Under the pieces are notes generated by a model. It did not search any database. It worked only from the letters and a program-made list of their open reading frames with translations, and was not told the DNA's origin. From the NCBI GenBank assembly GCA_051866635.1, contig JBJDXJ010000047.1, forward strand, positions 1 through 30,573: DNA of 30,573 nt, read 5' to 3'. This document shows, one piece after another, positions 1 to 8,642 of this stretch (the stretch's first letter is position 1; each line of letters opens with the position of its first letter). Made by a program: the position numbers and the translations under genes. The stretch comes from Clostridia bacterium. GTDB lineage: Bacteria > Bacillota > Clostridia > UMGS1883.

Positions 1-23
1 GGGTTATACCCGAAAATGAAATA

Positions 24-49
24 CCACCCGCTATTGCGGGTGGATATTT
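24..49. terminator. GC-rich hairpin, probable intrinsic terminator for the thrE pair; possibly an IS200/IS605-type end
   Basis: CCACCCGC-TATT-GCGGGTGG (24-43) with A-rich and T-rich flanks, about 90 bp beyond the stop of the minus-strand gene at 135. Confidence 0.6.
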
Positions 50-134
50 ATTGTTTTACCATTTAAAAGGTAAGGAGCAGCTTAAAACAGTATAATCATA
101 TGTCTTTCAAACAAAAAAGCTAACTGATTTTACG

Positions 135-584
135 TCAGCTAGCTTTCTTTAGTGCCGAATAATTTCGTACACATTTCATTATTGTGTTTACTATAACAAT
201 GCCTAAAAGTATTGCTCCGATTGTTTTGCCCATAATGATAAAATAACGAAGAGCATCTCTAAATTCGCCACGGAAAAAAGCATTTATTGTGTAATAAAGG
301 AAGGAGCCGGGAACAAGGGGCAGAATTGTTGGTGTAAGGAAAACCGTTACAGGGGCTTTTATTGTTTTTGCCAAAAATTCCGAAGCAAAAGCGGCAAAGA
401 TTGATGCAGTAAGATTTGCAATAAAATCATCAAAACCGAAATGGATAAAAATGAGATAAACTGTATAGCAAAGTGCCGTTGACACTGCGATTATGGGAAT
501 ACGGTCAAAACGAAGCCTTAACATAAGGGAAAAGCCTATTGTACCCATAACGGCGGCTATTACAAGAATAATATTTTCTACCAT
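135..584 (-). CDS. Threonine/serine exporter family small subunit (ThrE_2 / YjjB-like)
   Basis: Hydrophobic ~149 aa protein with 'KAPVTVFLTPTILPLVPG' motif; ATG at 584 overlaps the stop of the upstream ThrE gene. Confidence 0.85.
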   Translation of the reverse strand: MVENIILVIAAVMGTIGFSLMLRLRFDRIPIIAVSTALCYTVYLIFIHFGFDDFIANLTASIFAAFASEFLAKTIKAPVTVFLTPTILPLVPGSFLYYTINAFFRGEFRDALRYFIIMGKTIGAILLGIVIVNTIMKCVRNYSALKKAS

Positions 585-1351
585 GATAACACCCCCGTCA
601 AAATCATTGCAAACCAAAAGCCTAATGCAATGGCGAGAGCCGTTAAAAGTGCCTCACAAAAACGGAGGAACCCTGCCATTGTATCGCCGTTCATCATATC
701 CTTGACTGCGTTGGTAAGCATAAGACCGGGTATAAGAAGCATAATGTCACCAATCATAATTTTGTCTAAGTTTGCACCAATCCCCAAGGCGGAGGCATAG
801 AAAGCCGCAACCCCGGCAAAAAGGGAGGATATGAAATTATAGAACATACCGTTAATTGAAAGGCGGGTGAAAATGCGTTCAATTAAGAAAATCGGCACGG
901 CAATCAATGCGGCAAAGGTTGCATCCAAAAGTGAACCACGGAACATAAGACAAAAGCCGCCTGACGTAAATATAAAGCCCAGCATCCTCAGTCGTTTTGA
1001 AAAATGGCTGTGTTTTAATATTTCGTCCAAAGCAGTCTGGAAATCCTCTGCTGAAGGGGTGCTTTTACAAACTGTGCGTGACAGAGCGTTTAACTCCTCT
1101 AACCTGTAAAAGTTAAACACATAGCTTATTATACGCCTTGATTGAGAAAAGCGTTTGTCCTCTTTATCTTTGACGGTTACAAGAATAAGGCTTGTAATTG
1201 AAAAAATTTCTGCATCATGAAGTCCATAAGCGGTACAAATACGGGAAATGGTGTCTTCCACACGGTTTACCTCAGCACCGCACATGAGCATTTCTTTGCC
1301 AAGGTTCATAATAACAGTTAAAATCTTCTCTGTATCTATATTAGTAATCAT
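578..1351 (-). CDS. Threonine/serine exporter family protein (ThrE / YjjP-like)
   Basis: 'GAEVNRVEDTISRI' N-terminal motif, 'LNALSR', 'MLLIPGLMLTNAVKD' and C-terminal TM helices. Confidence 0.9.
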   Translation of the reverse strand: MITNIDTEKILTVIMNLGKEMLMCGAEVNRVEDTISRICTAYGLHDAEIFSITSLILVTVKDKEDKRFSQSRRIISYVFNFYRLEELNALSRTVCKSTPSAEDFQTALDEILKHSHFSKRLRMLGFIFTSGGFCLMFRGSLLDATFAALIAVPIFLIERIFTRLSINGMFYNFISSLFAGVAAFYASALGIGANLDKIMIGDIMLLIPGLMLTNAVKDMMNGDTMAGFLRFCEALLTALAIALGFWFAMILTGVLSW

Positions 1352-1383
1352 AGCTTTAATCTCCGTAAAGTATTTACATAATC

Positions 1384-1412
1384 ATTATATAACAGCAATT
1401 TAGTTTTGTAAA
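1384..1412 (-). promoter_or_regulatory. Sigma-A promoter for the thrE pair
   Basis: Minus strand TTTACA (1412-1407)-N17-TATAAT (1389-1384). Confidence 0.65.
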
Positions 1413-1423
1413 TACCTTAGTTG

Positions 1424-1452
1424 TTGACAGGAAAATGTTCCTGTGATAAAAT
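1424..1452 (+). promoter_or_regulatory. Sigma-A promoter (extended -10) for the methyltransferase/ecf operon
   Basis: TTGACA (1424-1429)-N17-TAAAAT (1447-1452) with TG at 1444-1445; AAGGAGG RBS before ATG 1489. Confidence 0.75.
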
Positions 1453-1488
1453 ACACTAGATATAATGTGGACTTAAGGAGGACACACT

Positions 1489-2343
1489 ATGTGGGCTACA
1501 GAAGAGTGGAAAGACTATGAATGTATAGACACTTTTGACGGAATGAAGCTTGAAAGATGGGGAGATGTGATTTTATCACGCCCCGACCCTCAGGTCATCT
1601 GGAAAAAGAAATGTAATGAAAAGGCGTGGCAAGATGCAAGTGCCGTGTATAACCGTTCCTCCTCAGGTGGCGGAAGCTGGGATGTGCGAAAGAAAATCCC
1701 CGACAGATGGACAATAAGCTATAAGCACCTTACCTTTAACATAAAGACAATGGGCTTTAAACATACGGGGCTTTTTCCCGAGCAGGCTGTCAATTGGGAT
1801 TATATGGCTGAAAAGCTGAAGGACAGAAAAGGTGCAAATGTGCTGAATTTGTTTGCATATACAGGCGGTGCAACTATGGCTTGCAGTGCGGCAGGTGCAA
1901 ATGTTTGTCACGTGGACGCATCAAAGGGCATGGTTGCATGGGCAAAGGAAAATGCACAATCCTGCAATCTTACGGACAATTATATAAGATATATTGTAGA
2001 TGACTGCATGAAGTTTGTGGAAAGAGAAATAAGACGTGGTAAAAAGTATGATGCCATTATTATGGACCCTCCCTCTTACGGAAGAGGACCCGGCGGTGAA
2101 GTGTGGAAATTGGAGGAGTGTCTGTGGGACTTTGTAGAACGCTGTGCCATTCTTTTGTCAGACGACCCAATATTTTTCCTGATAAATTCTTATACTACAG
2201 GACTCCAGCCTGCTGTAATGAAGAATATACTTGAACTGACACTTCCCAAGGGAAAGGTTACCGCTGACGAAATAGGACTTCCTGTAACAAGCGGGGGAAT
2301 TTATCTTCCTTGCGGTGCAACTGCCCGTTGGGAAAAGTGTTAA
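1489..2343 (+). CDS. Class I SAM-dependent methyltransferase, RlmI/RlmK-like (putative 23S rRNA MTase)
   Basis: 'HTGLFPEQ', 'VLNLFAYTGG', 'HVDAS', 'IIMDPPSY' motifs. Confidence 0.85.
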   Translation: MWATEEWKDYECIDTFDGMKLERWGDVILSRPDPQVIWKKKCNEKAWQDASAVYNRSSSGGGSWDVRKKIPDRWTISYKHLTFNIKTMGFKHTGLFPEQAVNWDYMAEKLKDRKGANVLNLFAYTGGATMACSAAGANVCHVDASKGMVAWAKENAQSCNLTDNYIRYIVDDCMKFVEREIRRGKKYDAIIMDPPSYGRGPGGEVWKLEECLWDFVERCAILLSDDPIFFLINSYTTGLQPAVMKNILELTLPKGKVTADEIGLPVTSGGIYLPCGATARWEKC

Positions 2344-2383
2344 GCTATAAAATGATTTTTCTAAAGGGAAAGATTTATTAATT

Positions 2384-3235
2384 ATGATAAAATGTGAAAA
2401 TCTCACTTTTAAATATGAAAGTGAAGAACAGGGCAAAAAATTAATACTTGATAATATAACAGTTGAAATAGAAAAAGGTAGCTTTGTGGCAATTTTAGGG
2501 AGAAACGGTTCGGGAAAATCCACTTTGGCAAAGCATTTTAACGCCATACTTCTGCCCTCGGGCGGCAAGGTATACGTGTCGGGCATGGACACAAACAAGG
2601 AGAAGAATGTGTTTAAAATAAGGCAAAAAGCGGGGATGGTCTTTCAGAACCCCGATAACCAGATTGTTGCCACAACAGTGGAAGAAGATGTTGCTTTCGG
2701 ACTTGAAAATTTAGGTGTGCCTTATGAAGAAATGGTTGTAAGGGTACGTAATGCACTAAAGATTGTGGGCATGGCAGACAAGGCGAAAAGTGAGCCTCAC
2801 CTTTTAAGCGGAGGACAGAAGCAAAGGGTTGCAATTGCCTCTGTGGTTGCTATGGAGCCAGAATGTATTGTTTTGGATGAACCTACTGCCATGCTTGACC
2901 CGAAAGGGCGTAGAGAGGTTATGGCAACTATTAAAGAGCTGAACAAAAAGCAAAACATCACTGTTATTCTAATTACCCATTACATGGAGGAAGCGGTGAA
3001 GGCTGACAGAATAATTGTTATGGACAAGGGTAAAATTGTGAAGGATGCTACCCCAAGGGAGATTTTTTCCTCTGTCCGGGATATTGAGAAGCTCGGTCTT
3101 GATGTACCGCAGGTGGTACAGCTTGTTCACCGCCTAAAAGAAAAGGGTGTCAACTTAGGTGACGGAATTTTAAGGACAAAGGAATGTGCAGCGGCAATAG
3201 AGAGATTGATAAGTGAGGCAAGAAAAATTGATTGA
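2384..3235 (+). CDS. ecfA1: ECF transporter ATPase A1
   Basis: Walker [18 protein letters not shown]-loop, [17 protein letters not shown]; followed by a second ATPase and EcfT. Confidence 0.93.
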   Translation: MIKCENLTFKYESEEQGKKLILDNITVEIEKGSFVAILGRNGSGKSTLAKHFNAILLPSGGKVYVSGMDTNKEKNVFKIRQKAGMVFQNPDNQIVATTVEEDVAFGLENLGVPYEEMVVRVRNALKIVGMADKAKSEPHLLSGGQKQRVAIASVVAMEPECIVLDEPTAMLDPKGRREVMATIKELNKKQNITVILITHYMEEAVKADRIIVMDKGKIVKDATPREIFSSVRDIEKLGLDVPQVVQLVHRLKEKGVNLGDGILRTKECAAAIERLISEARKID

Positions 3236-4076
3236 GTTAAAAAATGTATGGTACTCATATGATGAAAATTCGCCTGACATGGTAGATGCGGTAAAAAATG
3301 TGTCGCTTAAAATCGAAGACGGTGAATTTTGGGGTATAATCGGGCATACAGGCTCGGGAAAATCTACCCTGACAGAGCTTATGTGCGGTCTTATAAAGCC
3401 AAAAAGCGGTCAGGTTTTAATTGACGGCGAGGATATAGGTCAGGTTAAAAACGTTGTCAGACACCTTCACGGTAAGGTGGGGATGGTGTTCCAGTACCCT
3501 GAACATCAGCTTTTTGAAGAAAGCGTAATAAAAGATATTTGCTTTGGTCCGAAAAATCTTGGCTTTTCCGAAGATGAATGTATAAAAAAGGCAAGAGAGG
3601 CTATGAAATTGGTGGGTCTTAGCGAAAGGTTTGAAGATTTGTCACCTTTTGAGCTGTCCGGCGGTGAAAAAAGGCGTGTTGCCATTGCATCTATCCTTGC
3701 AATGGAACCAAAGGTCCTTATTTTAGACGAGCCTACAGCAGGACTTGACCCGGTGGGGCGGGAAAATCTTCTGAAAATGCTTCTTGAAATAAAAGGCAGT
3801 TTGTGCAAAAGCCTTATTCTTGTAAGCCACAGTATGGAAGATGTGGCAAGGTGCTGTGATAAGGTACTTGTGATGAACAAGGGCGAGATACTTAAAAAAG
3901 GCACTGTCCGTGAGGTTTTCCGAGACAGTGAAAAGCTTGATAAGGCAGGACTTGACTTGCCGCAGATTACGAGGCTTGTAAAACATATTAAGAGCATGGG
4001 ATATGAAATAAAGGACGATATACTTACCGTAGACGAAGCGGTGGAGGAGATATATAATCTTATAAAGGGGAGATAA
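3228..4076 (+). CDS. ecfA2: ECF transporter ATPase A2
   Basis: [43 protein letters not shown]; start TTG 3228 (alternative GTG 3213). Confidence 0.93.
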   Translation: MIELKNVWYSYDENSPDMVDAVKNVSLKIEDGEFWGIIGHTGSGKSTLTELMCGLIKPKSGQVLIDGEDIGQVKNVVRHLHGKVGMVFQYPEHQLFEESVIKDICFGPKNLGFSEDECIKKAREAMKLVGLSERFEDLSPFELSGGEKRRVAIASILAMEPKVLILDEPTAGLDPVGRENLLKMLLEIKGSLCKSLILVSHSMEDVARCCDKVLVMNKGEILKKGTVREVFRDSEKLDKAGLDLPQITRLVKHIKSMGYEIKDDILTVDEAVEEIYNLIKGR

Positions 4077-4078
4077 GC

Positions 4079-4891
4079 GTGTTAAGAGATATTACAATTG
4101 GAAAATATTATAATGTTTCTTCCCCTGTTCATTCCCTTGACCCAAGGACGAAGCTTATTTTGCTTTTAGTGTTTATGGTTATGATTTTTACTTTAAGCAC
4201 ACCTTTGGAGTATTTATTAATGGGGATAATTACACTTTTGTGCATTGTTTTGTCAAGGGTGCCGTTTTCCTATATTTTAAAAGGTATGAAGCCCATATGG
4301 CTTCTGATTGTATTTACTGCCGTAATAAACCTCTTCTTAAGCGGCGGTGAAAATATAATATTCAAATGGAAAATTTTTTCTGTAACAGAGGAATCTGTAT
4401 ATGTTGCAATAACCATGATGGTAAGGATTGTGCTTTTAATAACAATGAGTAGCCTCCTTACCCTTACAACATCGCCTATGGAACTTACGGGCGGAATGGA
4501 AAAGCTGATGAAGCCTTTGGAAAAAATACATTTCCCTGCCCATGAAATTGCAATGATGATGAGTATTGCCCTTCGCTTTATTCCCATATTGACAGATGAG
4601 GCAGAAATAATAATGAAGGCTCAGGCATCAAGAGGGAATGACTTTGAAAGCGGTAACATAATTCAGAGGGCAAAGGCGATGGTGCCTTTATTAATCCCCC
4701 TTCTTTTAAGTGCCTTCCGCCGTGCCGATGAATTGGCAACAGCTATGGAGGCAAGATGTTATCAGGGCGGAGTAAATAGAACAAATTTCAGACAGTTAAA
4801 GTATAAAAAGGGCGATTGTGTGGCGTTTTTGTCCTGTGCTTTTTGCGTTTTGGCTTTAATTGCAAGCCATATTGTGGGTGTGATGGTATGA
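4079..4891 (+). CDS. ecfT: ECF transporter transmembrane component T
   Basis: 'HSLDPRTKL', 'IALRFIP', conserved ASRG and MEARCY X-Arg-X motifs. Confidence 0.93.
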   Translation: MLRDITIGKYYNVSSPVHSLDPRTKLILLLVFMVMIFTLSTPLEYLLMGIITLLCIVLSRVPFSYILKGMKPIWLLIVFTAVINLFLSGGENIIFKWKIFSVTEESVYVAITMMVRIVLLITMSSLLTLTTSPMELTGGMEKLMKPLEKIHFPAHEIAMMMSIALRFIPILTDEAEIIMKAQASRGNDFESGNIIQRAKAMVPLLIPLLLSAFRRADELATAMEARCYQGGVNRTNFRQLKYKKGDCVAFLSCAFCVLALIASHIVGVMV

Positions 4892-5619
4892 AACTTAAAC
4901 TTACAATAAAATACGATGGAACAGCTTATCACGGTTGGCAGATACAGCCCAACGGTGTAACGGTACAGGAGGTTTTAACAAATGCCTTATACTGTCTTTC
5001 AGGGGAAAAAGTTACTGTAACAGGTTGCTCCAGAACTGATGCAGGGGTTCATGCGGCAATGCATGTTTCAAGCTTTGACATGAATACCTCTATCCCCATA
5101 AGTAAAATACCTTTGGTTTTAAACAGGTATTTACCGCCTGACATACGTGCAGTTGATTGCAGTATGGCAGATGAGAATTTTAACGCAAGATATGACACTG
5201 TGGAAAAAACATACCGTTACAGAATATTGAATGCCGAACATAACGACCCATTTTTGTCAAGATATGTGTGGCATTATCCCATAGCCCTTGATGTGGAAAA
5301 AATGAAGGTTGCGTCAGGATACATGGTTGGTGAAAAGGACTTTACCGCATTTATGGCATCAGGCAGCAGTGCAAAAACAACCGTCAGAAATTTAAAGCGT
5401 GTAGATGTTGAAAAAACAGGTGATGTAATCACGATTACCGCTACGGCAAACGGATTTTTGTACAACATGGTCAGGATTATTGTGGGAACGCTTGTTTATG
5501 TGGGTAACGGAAAGCTTACAGCCATGGACGTTCGGGAAATTTTAGAGAAAAAGGACCGCAGATTAGGTGGTGTGACAGCACCGCCCCAAGGGCTTATGTT
5601 AGAAGAAGTTGTGTATTGA
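4888..5619 (+). CDS. truA: tRNA pseudouridine(38-40) synthase
   Basis: 'YDGTAYHGWQIQ', 'SRTDAGVHA', 'GFLYNMVRIIVG', 'TAPPQGL'; ATG 4888 overlaps the ecfT stop (ATGA). Confidence 0.95.
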   Translation: MKLKLTIKYDGTAYHGWQIQPNGVTVQEVLTNALYCLSGEKVTVTGCSRTDAGVHAAMHVSSFDMNTSIPISKIPLVLNRYLPPDIRAVDCSMADENFNARYDTVEKTYRYRILNAEHNDPFLSRYVWHYPIALDVEKMKVASGYMVGEKDFTAFMASGSSAKTTVRNLKRVDVEKTGDVITITATANGFLYNMVRIIVGTLVYVGNGKLTAMDVREILEKKDRRLGGVTAPPQGLMLEEVVY

Positions 5620-5636
5620 TTACAGGGGGTATGAGG

Positions 5637-6761
5637 ATGAAACGAAAAACTCTGGAAATAGTGAAAACGCTTTTACTTATTGCGGCGTTGGCTTTTTTTG
5701 TTATAATAGCAACTTTTCAGCTGTATGAAATGAATGAAGTAAAAATGGAAAGCGAAAGAATTGTGCTGGGGGTTAACAGCTCCACCAGTGATAATTTCGG
5801 GCAGGCGTTAAAGGGTCAGCCTGTGCCTATCGGCAAATATATGGGTCTTGTATCCGGGGGACGGTTTACTGTTATTGATAAAAATGCCCGTGAGAAAAAC
5901 GACGAGGAAAATTTGCTCTCCGACCCTGTCCTTCATGCCAAGGGTGAATTTTGTATAGTGGCAGACTACGGCGGAACTGTGGCAAAGCTTTACGAAAATG
6001 AAAAGATTGAAACAGTTGTTGAAACAGAAAAAAAGATTATTTCCGTTGCAACAAATTCCCACGGCTTTTTTGCTATTGCAACAGAAGGTGTTGGCTATGA
6101 TGCCGTAATTACCGTATACAGAAAAAACGGCGAGGCAATTTACAGATACAATATTGCCAAAAACGACTTTGTTGACATGGAAATAAGCGAAAATAACCGC
6201 AGACTTATTATTGTGGAATCAAACCTTTCTACAGGTGTAGTGGCAAGCAATGTGGTTGTGGCTGAATTTAACCGTGCTGATGCACAGAATGTTTTTACAG
6301 AGGTTTCAAACCTTTATGTGAAAGTGCATTGCAATAAAGACGGCTCATTTGTTTGCATAGGCAGTGAAAGAAGCGATTTTTACCGTGCTGACGGTAAAAA
6401 GTATGCCAAAATTGAGTATGGCGGAAAAACACTGACAGGTGCCGAATTCAATAGCGATGATATTTTGTACCTTTCCTTTGACGGAATAAATGAAAATGAA
6501 ACAGGTGTTTCTGTAGTTGAGATTTATGATAAGAAGGCAAATCTCAAAGGAACGTGTAATTTTACGGACAGTGTTGAATATATATGTGCCAATGGAGCTT
6601 ACTGCAGTGTGGCAACCGGGGATGAAGCAACCATAATAAAGTCTAACGGAAAAATTAAAAAGACTTTTTCTATGACTGCCCCTGTAAAATGTGCGGCGGC
6701 ATTTGCCGATGGGGAAACAGCTGTTATTTTTTCGGGCGGTAATACTACAATTGTGAAATAG
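5637..6761 (+). CDS. Membrane-anchored beta-rich (propeller-like) protein, DUF5711-like
   Basis: One N-terminal TM helix followed by repeated short beta-strands; located directly before cvpA as in other Clostridia; family assignment from recall only. Confidence 0.6.
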   Translation: MKRKTLEIVKTLLLIAALAFFVIIATFQLYEMNEVKMESERIVLGVNSSTSDNFGQALKGQPVPIGKYMGLVSGGRFTVIDKNAREKNDEENLLSDPVLHAKGEFCIVADYGGTVAKLYENEKIETVVETEKKIISVATNSHGFFAIATEGVGYDAVITVYRKNGEAIYRYNIAKNDFVDMEISENNRRLIIVESNLSTGVVASNVVVAEFNRADAQNVFTEVSNLYVKVHCNKDGSFVCIGSERSDFYRADGKKYAKIEYGGKTLTGAEFNSDDILYLSFDGINENETGVSVVEIYDKKANLKGTCNFTDSVEYICANGAYCSVATGDEATIIKSNGKIKKTFSMTAPVKCAAAFADGETAVIFSGGNTTIVK

Positions 6762-6770
6762 GTGATTAGA

Positions 6771-7382
6771 ATGTATTTTGATATATTTGCTTTTGTTTTT
6801 GTTTTGGCTTTTTCATTTATAATGATGAAAAAAGGCGGTGCACAGGCACTTTTAAGCCTTATAAGCCTTATTTTATCAGTGGTGATTGCACTTTTCGTTT
6901 ATCCGTATTTGTCCACTCTTTTGTACGAAACTCCCGTTGACGAAAACATAAGTGCTATCATATCAGAGTCCCTGATGGACAAAAGTGTGAATGAAATGGC
7001 ATCAACCATTTCAGCTATGCCTGATTTCATAGCAGGACCTATGGAAAACTTAATAGCCGAAGATGTACAAACCACATGCGATAGAGTTTCGGATATAGTA
7101 ACAAAAAATATCGTCAACATAATAACCTTTATACTTGTGCTTGTTGTAACAAAGCTGATTCTTGCAATGCTCTTTAAAATGCTTGACATTTTTACGGGGC
7201 TACCACTTATAAAACAGGCAAATTCTCTGGTGGGATTTTTGTGCGGCCTTGTGTTGAGTTTTGTGATTTTAAGCGTTGTTGTACATATCTTAGGCATATT
7301 TGCAGTGGGCAATGAAAGCATTGCACCGGTTTTGGAAAACTCTTACGTAGCAGAGATTGTTGAAACTGTATCGCCATTTTAA
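6771..7382 (+). CDS. cvpA: CvpA family membrane protein
   Basis: About four TM helices, N-terminal 'D...KKGG', 'LPLIKQANSLVGFLCG' and terminal 'ENS' typical of CvpA; alternative start GTG 6762. Confidence 0.75.
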   Translation: MYFDIFAFVFVLAFSFIMMKKGGAQALLSLISLILSVVIALFVYPYLSTLLYETPVDENISAIISESLMDKSVNEMASTISAMPDFIAGPMENLIAEDVQTTCDRVSDIVTKNIVNIITFILVLVVTKLILAMLFKMLDIFTGLPLIKQANSLVGFLCGLVLSFVILSVVVHILGIFAVGNESIAPVLENSYVAEIVETVSPF

Positions 7383-7394
7383 AGGAAGATTGAC

Positions 7395-8474
7395 GTGACT
7401 TTAATTGAGTTCTTTGATGAAGAAATTATTGACAATGTGGCTGGAACTTTGCTTTTAAGACCTTTCAGGACGGTGTTTTTATACAGCGGTGAAAAAAACA
7501 TTGCTTTTGTAAATGCCATGGAAAAAATACTGGCAAGAAGAAAAATTGAAACCCTTATTGTTATGGAAAGCATTGACATAAGAAGTGTTGAAAGTGCAAG
7601 CTCTAAAATAGAAGAATGTATAAAAAAGTATGATGACTGTCACTTTGACATTTCAGGAGGAAATGACATTATGTTAGTTGCCATGGGAAATGTTGCAAAG
7701 GCATACAATTTACCCATGCACGGTGTTAACCCTATGAAGAATACCGTGACGGCAATAAACGGTAAATTTGACTATACTGTTTATGACGATGCTTTTCTTA
7801 CAGTTGAAGAGCTTATTATGCTCCACGGCGGAAAAGTGAAGCGTGATTTTTCTCGCCCTGAAACTTATACATGGACAAGGGACAGGCACAGTGAAAATAT
7901 TATTGAAAAGACATGGAATGTATGTAAAAGTGATGTAGGTGCATGGAACAGGGCAATCGGCACAATGAAAAGCTACAAAGTTCAAGACAAGAACCTTCTT
8001 AGTATGGTGTGGTCAAAGCTTAAGGCGGCAGGGCTTGTGTACAAGGAAGGAAACACGGTAAAGTATAAAAGCGATATTGTAAAATACCTTATTAATAAAC
8101 AGGGCACTGCCCTTGAAATGTTTACCTTTATTGCGGCAAAAAGCACGGACTTTTTTGAGGACGGGCAGTCAAGCGTTGTGATTGACTGGAAGGGCAGACG
8201 TGACATTGAAAACGAGATAGACGTTGTTTTAACTAAAGGTCTGACAGGCTATTTTATTTCCTGCAAAAACGGAACGGTGGATTCTGATGAATTGTACAAG
8301 CTTAGCATTGTTTCTAACCGTTTCGGCGGAAAGTACGCAAAAAAGATACTTGTTTTGTCAAAGTTTGAACCTGACATGGGCTTTATGAACAGGGCAGAGG
8401 AGTTGGGCATAAGAGTTATAAAGAACGTAAGGCTTTTATCAAAGGAGAGCTTTGGGAAAAAACTTATAAAATAA
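7395..8474 (+). CDS. Card1/Can2-like (DUF1887) CARF domain + PD-(D/E)xK endonuclease
   Basis: CARF-like N-terminus ('NVAGTLLLRP', 'FDISGG'), 'LTVEELIMLHG' linker, C-terminal 'GTALE...NEIDVV...ISCKNG...ELYKL...FGG...RA' nuclease signature. Confidence 0.8.
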   Translation: MTLIEFFDEEIIDNVAGTLLLRPFRTVFLYSGEKNIAFVNAMEKILARRKIETLIVMESIDIRSVESASSKIEECIKKYDDCHFDISGGNDIMLVAMGNVAKAYNLPMHGVNPMKNTVTAINGKFDYTVYDDAFLTVEELIMLHGGKVKRDFSRPETYTWTRDRHSENIIEKTWNVCKSDVGAWNRAIGTMKSYKVQDKNLLSMVWSKLKAAGLVYKEGNTVKYKSDIVKYLINKQGTALEMFTFIAAKSTDFFEDGQSSVVIDWKGRRDIENEIDVVLTKGLTGYFISCKNGTVDSDELYKLSIVSNRFGGKYAKKILVLSKFEPDMGFMNRAEELGIRVIKNVRLLSKESFGKKLIK

Positions 8475-8477
8475 AAA

Positions 8478-8635
8478 GAGACTGTAAAAAAGTCTCTAAA
8501 TAATTTAAGACCATTTGGAACAGTCCCCCTTATGGCAAATTGGGAGACAATTTGCCAAAGAAACCTCTAAAGGTTTTGTTGGGACAGTCCCGAAATGGTC
8601 TTTTTGTTATCTCAGTGTTGACTTTTTACAGCCTC
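8478..8635. mobile_element. Non-autonomous MITE/REP-like element with nested inverted repeats
   Basis: Terminal IR GAGACTGTAAAAAAGTC (8478-8494) / GACTTTTTACAGCCTC (8620-8635); inner IR 8507-8527 / 8581-8602; two central hairpins; no ORF. Confidence 0.55.
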
Positions 8636-8642
8636 ATTTTTT

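Noticed and set aside
1352-1488. Riboswitch or T-box controlling the thrE or ECF genes
   Set aside because: The gap is only 137 bp and is occupied by two promoters, leaving leaders too short for a riboswitch
2384-4891. ECF module lacking an S component as an incomplete transporter
   Set aside because: Normal for group II ECF modules (ecfAA'T-truA), whose S components are scattered in the genome
6771-7382. cvpA as evidence of a bacteriocin locus
   Set aside because: CvpA is a widespread membrane/envelope protein; no bacteriocin, immunity or peptidase-ABC gene nearby
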